A stretch of DNA of 64,000 bases from Candidatus Paracaedibacteraceae bacterium. GTDB lineage: Bacteria; Pseudomonadota; Alphaproteobacteria; Paracaedibacterales; CAIOTO01. The DNA is taken from positions 5,523 through 69,522 of the forward strand of contig JAUYTZ010000014.1 of assembly GCA_030694965.1 (NCBI GenBank), read 5' to 3'. Below, one piece after another: positions 42,835 to 53,066 of this stretch. The stretch's first letter is position 1; the number at the start of each line of letters is the position of its first letter. The translations under genes and the position numbers were made by a program. The notes under the pieces were generated by a model. It searched no databases. It was not told the origin of the DNA and saw only the letters and a program-made list of their open reading frames with translations.

Positions 42835-43773
42835 TTATTTTCCTTCTTGTTTTTTTTGGCGGGGATGCGAACGTTTAAAAATAGTATGAATGTGTTTTTG
42901 CGCAACATCGGTGTAAAGCTGAGTAGACGACAAACTTGCATGGCCAAGAAGATCTTGAATTGAACGTAAATCAGCAGAAGATTCAACAAGATGAGTTGCA
43001 CAACTATGCCTAAGTGCGTGCGGCGTTGTTGTTGAGGGCAATCCATATAAGTGACGATAATCACGCATTTTTTTTTGCGCACTATTGGCAGACATTTGCT
43101 TCCCGCGCGCACTTTTAAATATGTAATGGGAGCTTTGGTCTACAGTTTTAGCATAAGGTGAAAGCTCCAAATAAATCTCTATTGCCGTTTTAACAGTATC
43201 CACTAATGGGACATGCCGTATTTTGCTTCCTTTTCCATAAATGATAATAAAATCACGATTAAGCGAGTGCGTTGTAAGTGAAAGCGCTTCACTTATGCGA
43301 ATTCCAGTACTATAAAGCAACATAACTAAAGCTTTATCACGCGCACCGATCCAAGGTTCGTGTGACAAATCTGAAATAGAATCAATAAGCTCAAGTGCCT
43401 GAGTTGAGGTTATGGGACGTGGCAATTGTTTAGTAATGCGGCCTAATCTAAAATCCAGCAGTAAGTGAGTGTTGAATATGTTTTCTTGAATAAGAAATCG
43501 TACGAAATTTTTAATTGCAGCAAGTGTACGTGCTGTTGACCTAATACTTAAAGAGCTTTTTTGTCGTTCTGATACCCACGAGCGAATATCAGTAATAGTC
43601 ATGGCATTAAAACGTTCTATTGTAAATAAAGCACCATAGTAATTTGTAAAAAAATACGCCCAATGATCAAAATCGTCACTATACGCATTTATTGAGTGTG
43701 GCGCAAGTCTGCGAACAGACGTTAAATAGAGAAGCCAATTTTTTTTTTGAGTAAAAAGATAAGGATCAAGCAT
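42835..43773 (-). CDS. xerC: tyrosine site-specific recombinase XerC/XerD family
   Basis: 312 aa. Catalytic residues in context (ARDKALVMLLYSTGIRISE; HALRHSCATHLVESSADLRSIQDLLGHASLSSTQLYT). The ESS.DLR/GHA.LS pattern looks more XerC-like than XerD-like. Confidence 0.8.
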   Translation of the reverse strand: MLDPYLFTQKKNWLLYLTSVRRLAPHSINAYSDDFDHWAYFFTNYYGALFTIERFNAMTITDIRSWVSERQKSSLSIRSTARTLAAIKNFVRFLIQENIFNTHLLLDFRLGRITKQLPRPITSTQALELIDSISDLSHEPWIGARDKALVMLLYSTGIRISEALSLTTHSLNRDFIIIYGKGSKIRHVPLVDTVKTAIEIYLELSPYAKTVDQSSHYIFKSARGKQMSANSAQKKMRDYRHLYGLPSTTTPHALRHSCATHLVESSADLRSIQDLLGHASLSSTQLYTDVAQKHIHTIFKRSHPRQKKQEGK

Positions 43774-43810
43774 AAAAACACCTTAGTACTAGGCTATATT
43801 TCTTCTTACC

Positions 43811-43904
43811 ATCCTGGGACGTGATCTGAGGATCTGTAAAGCAAAACAGAGTAAATAGCTACATGCATTTTTATGAGTAGGTATCCTCGGATCAAGTCCG
43901 AGGA
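43811..43904. repeat. two related stem-loops (about 22 nt each) separated by about 50 nt
   Basis: Hairpin 1 at 43811-43833 is a-tcctggga-cgtga-tctgagga-t. Hairpin 2 at 43884-43904 is tcctcgga-tcaag-tccgagga. The stems share the consensus tcctNgga/tcNgagga. Located between the accC stop and the xerC start. Confidence 0.6.
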
Positions 43905-43937
43905 CAGCGGCATCTAATAAAAATAGCCTGCCTTATC

Positions 43938-45296
43938 TCAAGCTTTTGAATCTTCAGCTTTTAATAAATTTTCAAGCCAATGAATATCATAATCACCGTT
44001 CATAATATCCACATTTTTAACAAGCTTTTGATGAAGTGGTATCGTTGTTTTAATTCCACTTATTACATACTCTTTTAATGTTCGTTCAAGACGCTTTAAG
44101 CACTCCTCGCGCGTACGACCGTGAACAATTAGTTTTGCAATCATGCTGTCATAATAAGGTGGGACCGTATAGCCAGGATAAATATGGCTATCAACACGCA
44201 CACCTAAACCACCAGGAGCCAAATAGTCAACAATTTTACCAGGTGAGGGGATAAACGTTGCTGGATCTTCCGCATTAATACGGCATTCAATCGCATGACC
44301 ATAAAACTTAACATCATTTTGTGTATAGCCAAGCGGCTCGCCAGATGCGACACGAATTTGTTCTTTAATCAAATCAATCCCTGTTATCATTTCAGTAACA
44401 GGATGTTCAACTTGAATACGGGTGTTCATTTCCATGAAGAAAAATTCGCCATCTTCATATAAAAATTCAAGCGTTCCAACACCACGGTACCCCATGTTTT
44501 TAAGCGCATCTGTTACACTTTCGCCAAGTTTATTGCGCAGTTCCACTGGCAATGCTGGTGATGGTGCTTCTTCAAATACTTTTTGGTGACGGCGTTGTAA
44601 TGAACAATCACGTTCACCTAAATGCACAACATTGCTATATTGATCAGCAAGCACTTGAATCTCAATATGGCGTGGACGACGCAAATATCGTTCCATATAT
44701 ACTTGATCGTTCCCAAAATTTGCCTTTGCCTCACTTTTTGCCATACGGAACGCATGCACAAGCTCACCATCGTTATAGGCAACTTTCATACCTTTTCCGC
44801 CGCCACCTGCTGTTGCCTTTATAATAATGGGGTAACCAATTTTATGGGCGGCTGCAAGGGCCTGTTCGTCCGATTCAATAGAACCTTCTGAACCTGGAAC
44901 AACAGGAACACCAAGTGCAATCATTGTTTTCTTAGCTGTGATTTTATCACCCATCATACTAATGTGCTCTGGCTTAGGACCAATAAAGCTAATCCCGTGC
45001 TCTTCAATCATTGATGCAAATGTTGCATTTTCTGAAAGAAAACCAAACCCTGGGTGAATTGCATCTGCACCTGTAATATCAGCAGCACTAATAATAGCAG
45101 ACATCTTAAGATAGCTATCTTTTGCCGCAGGTGGTCCTATGCAAACGCTTTCATCAGCAAGACGCACATGCATCAAGTTTGAATCAGCTGTTGAATGTAC
45201 AGCAACGGTCTTAATTCCCATTTCTTGACATGCACGTAAAACACGCAAAGCAATTTCACCACGATTGGCGATTAAAACTTTTTTAAATAAAGCCAT
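43938..45296 (-). CDS. accC: acetyl-CoA carboxylase biotin carboxylase subunit
   Basis: 452 aa ATP-grasp enzyme. N-terminus [14 protein letters not shown], glycine-rich loop GGGGKGM, and [14 protein letters not shown]. Confidence 0.95.
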   Translation of the reverse strand: MALFKKVLIANRGEIALRVLRACQEMGIKTVAVHSTADSNLMHVRLADESVCIGPPAAKDSYLKMSAIISAADITGADAIHPGFGFLSENATFASMIEEHGISFIGPKPEHISMMGDKITAKKTMIALGVPVVPGSEGSIESDEQALAAAHKIGYPIIIKATAGGGGKGMKVAYNDGELVHAFRMAKSEAKANFGNDQVYMERYLRRPRHIEIQVLADQYSNVVHLGERDCSLQRRHQKVFEEAPSPALPVELRNKLGESVTDALKNMGYRGVGTLEFLYEDGEFFFMEMNTRIQVEHPVTEMITGIDLIKEQIRVASGEPLGYTQNDVKFYGHAIECRINAEDPATFIPSPGKIVDYLAPGGLGVRVDSHIYPGYTVPPYYDSMIAKLIVHGRTREECLKRLERTLKEYVISGIKTTIPLHQKLVKNVDIMNGDYDIHWLENLLKAEDSKA

Positions 45297-45763
45297 TATT
45301 CGATTACCAAAAGAGGTTGATCATATTCAACAGGCATTGTATCAGTCACAAGCATGTGTGTAATTTTACCAGCGCGTGTTGCTTTGATTGGGTTCATAAC
45401 TTTCATTGCTTCAACGATAAGTAATGTTTGACCCACAGCAACCACATCACCCACTTTTACAAAGGTAGCAGATCCTGGTTCTGGTGATAAATAAGCCGTT
45501 CCAACCATCGGTGATTTTAACGCACCTGGATTTTTATGAAAATCTGTTTTTTCAGGAGCAACAACTTCACTAGCTTGAGTCGGCGTTATATGAAGTGCCG
45601 GTGCGTGATGCTGTGGTGGTGCAACATGCGCAACAGTTGCTGGGCGTCTTGACACGTAAATCCGATGTCCATTTTCTTCATATTCAATTTCAGTTAAATC
45701 TGTTTCAACAAGTATTTCGGCAAGCTTTCGAACAGCATCGCCATTGAAATGTATGTTTGTCAT
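45296..45763 (-). CDS. accB: acetyl-CoA carboxylase biotin carboxyl carrier protein
   Basis: 155 aa. Biotinylation motif EAMKVMN and a Pro/Ala-rich linker. TAATG overlap with accC. Confidence 0.95.
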   Translation of the reverse strand: MTNIHFNGDAVRKLAEILVETDLTEIEYEENGHRIYVSRRPATVAHVAPPQHHAPALHITPTQASEVVAPEKTDFHKNPGALKSPMVGTAYLSPEPGSATFVKVGDVVAVGQTLLIVEAMKVMNPIKATRAGKITHMLVTDTMPVEYDQPLLVIE

Positions 45764-45883
45764 TTTTTATTCCTTGGGCTTTTTAATGATAAAATGAGTA
45801 TCGACGTAAATAAGGTATAGCTGTTTTTACGATTTCTAGCAAGTTTTTGTATTTTACAATATAATGATGTAATGGCATCGTTT

Positions 45884-45934
45884 TAAAATAAAACAAAAGC
45901 CGTTGAACACCAAAAAAACATTTAGTGTTCAACG
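45884..45934 (-). terminator. rho-independent terminator after recA
   Basis: On the minus strand cgttgaacac / gtgttcaacg forms a 10-bp stem (plus-strand arms 45901-45910 and 45925-45934). It is followed by gcttttgttttatttt. Confidence 0.75.
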
Positions 45935-45947
45935 ATTCGCTTTTAAA

Positions 45948-47006
45948 TTAGCCAGCGTCAGCCGCAGATTCATTTGCACTGACATCATTTGCAACAAGCA
46001 TTGTTTCAGCAACATTGGATGCATTATCGCGTACGGCTTTTTCAACTGTATTTGCAATTTCTGGGTTTTCTTTCAAGAAAGTTCGCGTTGCTTCTCTTCC
46101 TTGCCCCATACGCTGTGTACCATAAGAATACCAAGATCCAGCTTTATCGATGACCCCGGCCTTTACACCCAAATCAATTAACTCACCTGATTTTGAAATA
46201 CCTTCACCATACATAATATCAAAATCAACAACTTTAAAAGGGGGCGCCATTTTATTTTTCACAACTTTAACACGTGTTTGGTTTCCAACGATTAAGTCTT
46301 TATCTTTCAGCGCGCCAATTCGACGAATATCAAGACGAATAGATGCATAAAATTTAAGCGCGTTTCCACCTGTTGTTGTTTCAGGATTTCCAAACATAAC
46401 CCCGATTTTTTGACGAATCTGGTTAATGAAAATAACCATGCAGTTTGTTTTTGAAATTGAACCTGTTAGCTTACGTAAAGCTTGGCTCATAAGGCGCGCT
46501 TGAAGACCCATGTGTGAATCACCCATTTCGCCTTCAAGTTCTGCTTTTGGTACAAGTGCTGCAACGCTATCGATCACCAAAATATCAATTGCACCGCTTC
46601 GAACAAGTGTATCTGCAATTTCAAGCGCTTGCTCACCTGTATCAGGCTGAGAAATAATAAGCTCATCAATATTAACGCCTAATTTACGTGCATATGCTGG
46701 ATCAAGAGCATGTTCTGCGTCAACGAATGCGCAAGAGCCACCTTTTTTTTGAGCCTCTGCTACTGCATGAAGGGCAAGTGTTGTCTTGCCTGATGATTCA
46801 GGCCCATAGACTTCTATGATACGACCTTTTGGAAGACCGCCAATGCCAAGTGCTATATCTAGCCCAAGAGATCCTGTTGAGATAACTTCTGTGTCGATTG
46901 CATTGTTTTTTTGACCAAGCTTCATGACCGAGCCTTTTCCAAATGCCCGTTCGATCTGGGATAATGCTGCATCAAGTGCTTTTGAACGATCGTTTTTTTC
47001 ACTCAT
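45948..47006 (-). CDS. recA: recombinase RecA
   Basis: 352 aa. Walker [10 protein letters not shown] and near-full-length collinearity with RecA ([30 protein letters not shown]). Confidence 0.97.
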   Translation of the reverse strand: MSEKNDRSKALDAALSQIERAFGKGSVMKLGQKNNAIDTEVISTGSLGLDIALGIGGLPKGRIIEVYGPESSGKTTLALHAVAEAQKKGGSCAFVDAEHALDPAYARKLGVNIDELIISQPDTGEQALEIADTLVRSGAIDILVIDSVAALVPKAELEGEMGDSHMGLQARLMSQALRKLTGSISKTNCMVIFINQIRQKIGVMFGNPETTTGGNALKFYASIRLDIRRIGALKDKDLIVGNQTRVKVVKNKMAPPFKVVDFDIMYGEGISKSGELIDLGVKAGVIDKAGSWYSYGTQRMGQGREATRTFLKENPEIANTVEKAVRDNASNVAETMLVANDVSANESAADAG

Positions 47007-47221
47007 AGGTTTGTTCCCTTTTACATTTTTTGTGAAATAAATAATGCCTATCCTGAAGGAATTTTAGCTAACTGTCGAGATCCCTTATGGGTAGATCTAA
47101 AAAAAAGACGTATTGTACGTTATTAACTTTAAAATAATTTAAGCTAGCTCGCCTTTTATGTCCCCGATTATAACTAGAGAAAATTAAGAAAAAATTAATA
47201 TTTCACAAAAAAAGTAAAATA

Positions 47222-47255
47222 AGAAAATAAAAAAAGCCCGAAATAATCGGGCTTT
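47222..47255 (-). terminator. rho-independent terminator after the 47278-48000 ORF
   Basis: On the minus strand aaagcccga-ttatt-tcgggcttt forms a 9-bp stem, followed by tttattttctt. Confidence 0.75.
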
Positions 47256-47277
47256 AAATGTTTAGCAAAAACGCTAA

Positions 47278-48000
47278 TTATTCTACTGGAGCTTCTTCTG
47301 GAGCTGGCTCTTCTGCTGGCTCTTCTGCTGGAGCTTCTTCTGGAGCTGGCTCTGCTGGAGCTGCGCTTGGATCAAGGGCACCATTTTGATCAACTGGAGT
47401 AGCACCGTCTTCAGCAAACATTGGATTACCATCTGCATCTGTTCCTTGAGTCCAAACTGGAGCCACATGTTTTACAGGAGCTGGCTTAGGAGCAATATGC
47501 TTTACTGGTTTTTTCTCTCCTGGAGCTGGGTATACGATTCCTGGAGCAGCTTTACACACTTTTAGCACAGCTGCATCAGCCTTTTTCTTTGCTGGGCCTT
47601 TAGCTTTACTTGCTGTCTTTTTTGCTTGATAACAATCATAAAACGCGCCAATATTTTCGCATTCTGCTTGTTTAACACCAGGAAGCTTTCCGTTTTTCCA
47701 AGCTTTGCCATTCATATTAACTGACTTTTTAGCACAAAATTTGTGCACAAAGCTTTCCACTAGCTGAGGTCTCGTATTAGCTTCTGCTGCCGTGTCTATG
47801 CAAACCTTATAATTAACTGTTTTTGCAGCGCGGGCTGTTGCACAATCATGAGGTATTGCAACAGCTACCGCTGGCGCTGCTTTTGCTGCTGCCGACTTTT
47901 TTACTTTGCTAAACATGTTGGCATTAACACTTTCAGTGCCTATACCTAAGATGAATGCAAAAGTCATTGCACATGTTGTCCATAACTTAAAATGTTTCAT
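47278..48000 (-). CDS. hypothetical secreted protein: Cys-containing N-domain plus KP/EP-rich repetitive C-terminal tail
   Basis: 240 aa with a signal-peptide-like N-terminus (MKHFKLWTTCAMTFAFILGIG). Eight Cys fall in the first roughly 150 aa. The C-terminus reads KPVKHIAPKPAPVKHVAP...APAEPAPEEAPAEEPAEEPAPEEAPVE and is encoded by short tandem DNA repeats. It has its own terminator. Confidence 0.65.
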   Translation of the reverse strand: MKHFKLWTTCAMTFAFILGIGTESVNANMFSKVKKSAAAKAAPAVAVAIPHDCATARAAKTVNYKVCIDTAAEANTRPQLVESFVHKFCAKKSVNMNGKAWKNGKLPGVKQAECENIGAFYDCYQAKKTASKAKGPAKKKADAAVLKVCKAAPGIVYPAPGEKKPVKHIAPKPAPVKHVAPVWTQGTDADGNPMFAEDGATPVDQNGALDPSAAPAEPAPEEAPAEEPAEEPAPEEAPVE

Positions 48001-48459
48001 TAACTCTCTCCTTTAAAAAAGATGTACCAGAATTTGATACCTTCTAAGTGCTAGTATAAAAAGAAATAATTAATAAACAGTTAAACAATTTCTTAAAAAA
48101 TATTAGATTCATATAAAATCCAAATATTTTATATCTAAAAATAAATTGCATATCAATAGAATTAAAAATAATAAAATCATTGAATTTATTATAGAATAAA
48201 AGATTTCATTCTATACTTTTTTACATGCTTATAAAAAGCTCGATTTCTATGAACATGCTGTAAATTTACCAACATCTCATGCTACTCTTCACTTTTTGCC
48301 AAAAGACCGATAATGACAAGAGCCGAACTATTTAACAAAAAACAGAGGCAGAATAGAGCAAATTGTGTACACCATGACTTAGTCTTGGGCATCCACTTGA
48401 TATTACAAGCTAAAACATAGATAATGAGGAATATTTCACATGATCTGTTTGTTTAAAAT

Positions 48460-49593
48460 ATGAAAAAAATTATATACACACTTTCTTTTCTGATATGCGC
48501 TATTTTCATGCATGCAACGGGAGCAGAATATATTATTTCTGAAGCAATTAGACATGTCGTCGATTCCGTCACCCCAGACAATGGCAAAGGACACACTGCA
48601 ACTTCTGTTAAAACTTCCTCTTCAAGCGGGATCACCGAAAGCAAAACAAACAAAAAAACATTAAAAGCTGAGGCTGAACAACAAAAAGAAATAGAGCCAA
48701 AAGCAGTAGCAGCTAATAAGGATGATTTTGCAAGCTACCTTTATCATTTAGATTGGAAGTCGCTTTTATTAAAAATAATAAAAATCTTTTTTATCATTTT
48801 TTGTTCATGGCTGCTTTGGGATATTTCCAATCGCATGGCACAAGGCTACATTAAGAAAGTACGTTTATTTAAAAAAGTTTCTTCGCACACAAGCAGAAAC
48901 ACACAAGCACTTATAAAAACAATATCACCTATTATCAGGTCAATTTTTCATTGGATTTTAATTATTTTAACAATTCTAATGATTTTAAGCGAATTTGTTA
49001 ACATTACCCCCATATTCTTCAGCTTTGGTATCGTAGGTATCGCCTTTACAATTGGTTCACAAACGCTCATGAAAGATCTTGTAAATGGCATTTTGATGCT
49101 TTTTGAAGGAAATGTTGCAGTAGGTGATGTCGTAACCATAGGGAGCAGGGCAGGGACAGTAGAATCGCTTTCATTGCGCACATTATCGCTACGTCACTTT
49201 ACTGGAGAAATTCAAACAATCCCTTTATCAGAAGTAACGTCTTTAATTAATTGCTCTCGTGATTTTTCCGTCGCGGTTGTTCAATTTATTGTTGAACCAA
49301 AGGCTAAAATTTCAGATATTGAAATGGCACTTTCCGAGACATATCAGTCAATGAAAAAGGATTCCCATTTTGGCTCATACATTACAGCTGAAATGAGCAG
49401 CCTTGGCGTTCGTCAAATGTCTGAAATTGGTGTACAAATGTCCACCACAATTCCCATCATACCTGACCCAAGAAAGCGATTCTTACCAGAATTCAACAAA
49501 CGACTTTATGAACGCTTGCAAGCATATGATGTTCCTTTAGCGTATAATGGAACAGCTTCTACGGTCTACAGTGAATCTTGCTTAAAAAAATAA
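48460..49593 (+). CDS. mechanosensitive ion channel (MscS family)
   Basis: 377 aa. N-terminal signal/extension, TM helices, and the conserved MscS pore/beta-domain region (LMKDLVNGILMLFEGNVAVGDVVTIG...GTVESLSLRTLSLR). Confidence 0.8.
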   Translation: MKKIIYTLSFLICAIFMHATGAEYIISEAIRHVVDSVTPDNGKGHTATSVKTSSSSGITESKTNKKTLKAEAEQQKEIEPKAVAANKDDFASYLYHLDWKSLLLKIIKIFFIIFCSWLLWDISNRMAQGYIKKVRLFKKVSSHTSRNTQALIKTISPIIRSIFHWILIILTILMILSEFVNITPIFFSFGIVGIAFTIGSQTLMKDLVNGILMLFEGNVAVGDVVTIGSRAGTVESLSLRTLSLRHFTGEIQTIPLSEVTSLINCSRDFSVAVVQFIVEPKAKISDIEMALSETYQSMKKDSHFGSYITAEMSSLGVRQMSEIGVQMSTTIPIIPDPRKRFLPEFNKRLYERLQAYDVPLAYNGTASTVYSESCLKK

Positions 49594-49613
49594 AGAAACT
49601 TGTATTTTTTTTA

Positions 49614-49642
49614 TTGACAATCAGATGAAAAACTTGTAATTT
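49614..49642 (+). promoter_or_regulatory. sigma70-type promoter candidate for tRNA-Glu
   Basis: TTGACA (49614-49619), 17-nt spacer, TAATTT (49637-49642). The -10 element ends about 12 nt upstream of the mature tRNA 5' end. Confidence 0.45.
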
Positions 49643-49654
49643 TCATTTTACCAG

Positions 49655-49730
49655 GTCCCCATCGTCTAGAGGCCTAGGACACCGCCCTTTCAAGGCGGCG
49701 ACACGGGTTCGAATCCCGTTGGGGACGCCA
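49655..49730 (+). tRNA. tRNA-Glu (anticodon UUC)
   Basis: 76 nt and nearly identical in layout to E. coli tRNA-Glu. Acceptor stem gtcccca/tggggac, anticodon stem ccgcc/ggcgg with loop cTTTCaa, T-arm acggg-ttcgaat-cccgt, encoded CCA. Confidence 0.95.
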
Positions 49731-49750
49731 TTTTTATGGTGTTAACTTAA

Positions 49751-49783
49751 GCTTCATCCATCATCGGTTGAAGCCTTTTTTTT
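49751..49783 (+). terminator. rho-independent terminator after tRNA-Glu
   Basis: gcttca / tgaagc 6-bp stem with a 12-nt loop, followed by c + tttttttt. Confidence 0.5.
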
Positions 49784-49982
49784 GCCCACATACCCTTACG
49801 TGCCTTTATCGCACTAATCACTTACAAAGCTTTCGTTGTTTTTTATATTTTTTGTAATTTTTGTTTTTCACCCATCACCAAGCAAAATTATGAATTTGAT
49901 TGAATCCACATGTAGCCTCAGCTATTGTGTAAGTTGATATTTTTATCTCCACACAATCAAAACTTATAAAGTATAAAATCTT

Positions 49983-51791
49983 ATGAAAAACATTCGAAAC
50001 TTTTCTATCGTTGCACATATTGACCACGGAAAATCAACTCTCGCAGATCGATTGATTCAATACTGTGGCGGCCTTGAAGTACGTGAAATGAAAGAGCAAG
50101 TCCTGGATTCAATGGACATTGAACGCGAACGCGGCATTACAATTAAAGCACAAACAGTACGCCTTGTTTATCCAGCAAAAGATGGCCAAATATATCACTT
50201 AAATTTGATGGATACCCCAGGACACGTGGACTTTGCTTATGAAGTAAGCCGTTCACTAGCTGCATGCGAAGGGTCTCTTCTTGTTGTAGACGCGAGTCAA
50301 GGCGTTGAAGCCCAAACACTTGCTAACGTGTACCAAGCAATTGACAACAACCATGAAATTGTAACAATTCTTAATAAAATTGATTTACCAGCAGCGGATC
50401 CAGAACGCGTTACCGCCCAAATCGAAGAAGTCATTGGCATTGATGCATCCGATGCTGTTCATATTTCAGCAAAAACAGGACTTGGTATTCAAGATGTTTT
50501 AGAAGCAATTGTGACGCGTTTGCCTGCGCCAAAATCTGAATTTGGCGACGACATAAAAAATCGTCCATTAAAAGCATTGCTAGTCGATAGTTGGTACGAC
50601 ACCTATTTAGGCGTTATTATTCTTGTTCGCATCATGGAAGGCACTTTAAAAGCTGGCCAAAAAATAGTTATGATGAATAGCAATTCTAAGCACGAAGTTG
50701 ATCGCGTTGGCTATTTTACACCAAAGCAAATCATTGTTCCTGCTCTATTGCCAGGTGAAATTGGATTCTTTACAGCAAGCATTAAGCACGTGGCTGATTG
50801 TAATGTCGGCGATACAATCACAGAAGAAAGACGACCAACAGAATCAGCATTGACAGGTTTTAAACCTTCAATTCCTGTTGTTTTTTGCGGACTATTTCCA
50901 AGTGATGCTGCCGAATTTGAACGTCTTCGCGAATGTCTTGCCAAGCTCCACTTAAACGATGCTAGCTTTCATTTTGAAGCAGAAAGCTCTGCTGCACTTG
51001 GCTATGGATTCCGTTGCGGGTTTTTAGGGCTACTTCATCTTGAAATTATTCAAGAGCGTTTAGAGCGTGAATTCAACTTAGATTTAATTACAACAGCGCC
51101 AAGCGTTGTGTATCGTATGCACATGACAAATGGTACCATGCTTGAATTACATAACCCGGCTGACATGCCCGATGTTATGAAAATAGACAAAATTGAAGAG
51201 CCGTGGATTCGCGCAACTATTTTAGTTCCAGATGAATATTTAGGTTCAATCTTAACGCTTTGCACTGAACGGCGCGGTGAACAAATCGATTTAACCTATG
51301 TTGGCAATCGTGCAATGGCTATTTATAAATTACCACTGAATGAAGTTGTGTTTGATTTTTATGATCGTTTAAAATCAGTTAGCCGCGGCTACGCTTCTTT
51401 TGATTATCAAGTCGATGAGTATCGTGAAGGTGACTTAGTTAAAGTAAATATTTTGGTAAATGCGGAACCGGTCGATGCCTTGGCCATGATCCTTCACAAA
51501 AGCCAAGCTGAGACGCGTGGCCGTATGCTTTGTGTGCGCTTAAAAGATCTTATTCCTAAACAACTTTTTAAAATTGCAGTACAAGCTGCGATTGGCGGAA
51601 AAATTATTGCTCGTGAAAATATTTCAGCATTAAGCAAAGACGTTACAGCAAAATGTTATGGGGGCGACATCAGTCGTAAACGTAAATTGCTTGATAAGCA
51701 AAAAGCCGGTAAAAAACGTATGCGTCAATTTGGAAACGTAGAAATTCCACAAAGCGCATTTATCGCAGCGCTAAAAATGGGGGATGATTAA
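49983..51791 (+). CDS. lepA: translation elongation factor 4 (LepA)
   Basis: 602 aa. GTPase motifs [14 protein letters not shown] and NKID, plus the LepA-specific C-terminal domain ([22 protein letters not shown]). Confidence 0.97.
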   Translation: MKNIRNFSIVAHIDHGKSTLADRLIQYCGGLEVREMKEQVLDSMDIERERGITIKAQTVRLVYPAKDGQIYHLNLMDTPGHVDFAYEVSRSLAACEGSLLVVDASQGVEAQTLANVYQAIDNNHEIVTILNKIDLPAADPERVTAQIEEVIGIDASDAVHISAKTGLGIQDVLEAIVTRLPAPKSEFGDDIKNRPLKALLVDSWYDTYLGVIILVRIMEGTLKAGQKIVMMNSNSKHEVDRVGYFTPKQIIVPALLPGEIGFFTASIKHVADCNVGDTITEERRPTESALTGFKPSIPVVFCGLFPSDAAEFERLRECLAKLHLNDASFHFEAESSAALGYGFRCGFLGLLHLEIIQERLEREFNLDLITTAPSVVYRMHMTNGTMLELHNPADMPDVMKIDKIEEPWIRATILVPDEYLGSILTLCTERRGEQIDLTYVGNRAMAIYKLPLNEVVFDFYDRLKSVSRGYASFDYQVDEYREGDLVKVNILVNAEPVDALAMILHKSQAETRGRMLCVRLKDLIPKQLFKIAVQAAIGGKIIARENISALSKDVTAKCYGGDISRKRKLLDKQKAGKKRMRQFGNVEIPQSAFIAALKMGDD

Positions 51792-52432
51792 TGACAAATT
51801 CTGCAATGCAATCTGAAACTACCGTAACACCAAAAAAGAAAATTGGCTGGCTTTATAGTCTCTATCAAAAAACACTTGATAACGCAAATTCACCAAAAGC
51901 TTTTTGGATTTATCTTAGTGTTGCATTTGCAGAAAGTTCATTTTTCCCATTACCTCCTGATTTAATGATGATACCAATGGTTGTTGCAAATAAATCCCTT
52001 GCTTGGCGTTTAGCTTTTTGGGGGACTGTTGCTTCTGTCCTTGGCGGCGCTGCAGGCTATTTTATTGGCTCTGCGCTTTATGCAACTTTAGGGCAATGGC
52101 TTATTGAGGCCTATCATTTACAAGCAAGCGCTGAAAAATTTCATCTGGGCTACAACGAATGGGGCTTTTGGATTATTGTGCTAAAAGGTCTTACTCCCGT
52201 ACCATATAAAATTGTAACAATTGCAAGCGGCATGGCAAATTATCCATTTTGGTCATTCATTGCAGCATCTGTTATTGCGCGTTCCTTCCGTTTTTATTTA
52301 TTAGCGGCATTACTTTGGAAATTTGGCTCACACGCAAAACAATTAATGGATCGTTATTTAGGCTGGTGTTTGATAGGATCTTTTGGTCTAATAGTAGCAG
52401 GATTTATAATAGTGAAGTTTATTACCCGATGA
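51791..52432 (+). CDS. YqaA/DedA-superfamily inner-membrane protein
   Basis: 213 aa. The AESSFFPLPPDLMMIPM motif is typical of YqaA-like SNARE-associated family proteins. TAATG overlap with the lepA stop. Confidence 0.7.
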   Translation: MTNSAMQSETTVTPKKKIGWLYSLYQKTLDNANSPKAFWIYLSVAFAESSFFPLPPDLMMIPMVVANKSLAWRLAFWGTVASVLGGAAGYFIGSALYATLGQWLIEAYHLQASAEKFHLGYNEWGFWIIVLKGLTPVPYKIVTIASGMANYPFWSFIAASVIARSFRFYLLAALLWKFGSHAKQLMDRYLGWCLIGSFGLIVAGFIIVKFITR

Positions 52433-52965
52433 CGATGCCCACTTGTTCAAAAAAAATATTAAATTGCTTGATAACAGAACCACGCGGAATTGCATTTTTC
52501 ATACTAAACATAGCATTAAGTGCACTTTTATTTGTGCTTGTTGCAGAATACTTTTGGCAAATAAAACCATGTATTTTATGTATGTATCAACGTTACGTTA
52601 TGTTTTCCCTTGTAGGCGTTGCATTTTTTGGCTTTTTAGTAAACTCACGTTTATTTTCCTGGATGTATGTACTGATCATTTCTATAGGCTTATCTATTGC
52701 TGGTTATCATGTTGGTGTGGAACAACATTGGTGGAAAGGCCCTGACGCATGCAGCGCTGAAGCACCAAAAGTCGACGTTAAGGCGTCACAAGCTGACCAA
52801 ATAAAAACCTTTCGAGAAAAGCTCAAGCAAAAATCAGTAGCAGTTGTTCGCTGCGACGAAGTTAACTGGCGAATTTTTGGTATATCCGCAACATTTTTAA
52901 CATTTGTATTATATGCAGGGATGTTAGGATTTCTTAGTATAGGTCTTTTACGTAAAAAAAAATAA
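52429..52965 (+). CDS. DsbB-family disulfide bond formation protein
   Basis: 178 aa from ATG 52429 (ATGA overlap with the upstream stop). Four TM segments, first-loop CxxC (PCILCMYQRY) and a second-loop Cys pair (PDAC...VRCD). The track ORF start at 52249 overlaps the previous gene and is rejected. Confidence 0.7.
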   Translation: MTMPTCSKKILNCLITEPRGIAFFILNIALSALLFVLVAEYFWQIKPCILCMYQRYVMFSLVGVAFFGFLVNSRLFSWMYVLIISIGLSIAGYHVGVEQHWWKGPDACSAEAPKVDVKASQADQIKTFREKLKQKSVAVVRCDEVNWRIFGISATFLTFVLYAGMLGFLSIGLLRKKK

Positions 52966-53066
52966 GCACTTAGTCTACTTTAAGAAAAATCTACTTTATA
53001 ATGTTTACAGTCTTTTGCAGATGATTTATCATATTTTATATTATTAAAAATTTTCAGGAATTATAT

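Noticed and set aside
42810-43112. 100-aa minus-strand ORF overlapping the 3' end of xerC in another frame.
   Set aside because: The xerC frame carries the conserved catalytic RHR-Y region across this stretch. The alternative frame has no features.
43811-43904. The twin hairpins considered as SRP (4.5S) RNA or a TPP riboswitch, because of the tgatctgagga segment.
   Set aside because: The conserved SRP helix-8 sequence (GGAAGGAAGCAGC-like) is absent. The rest of the thi-box and an appropriate downstream gene are also missing. Only the generic repeat/hairpin description is kept.
45903-46181. 92-aa plus-strand ORF across the recA terminator and recA 3' end.
   Set aside because: It is antisense to recA, and its first codons are the terminator hairpin.
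47007-47100. Search for an alphaproteobacterial LexA/SOS box (GAAC-N7-GAAC type) upstream of recA.
   Set aside because: Only one isolated GAAC lies next to the start codon. There is no second half-site at the right spacing, so the claim cannot be supported.
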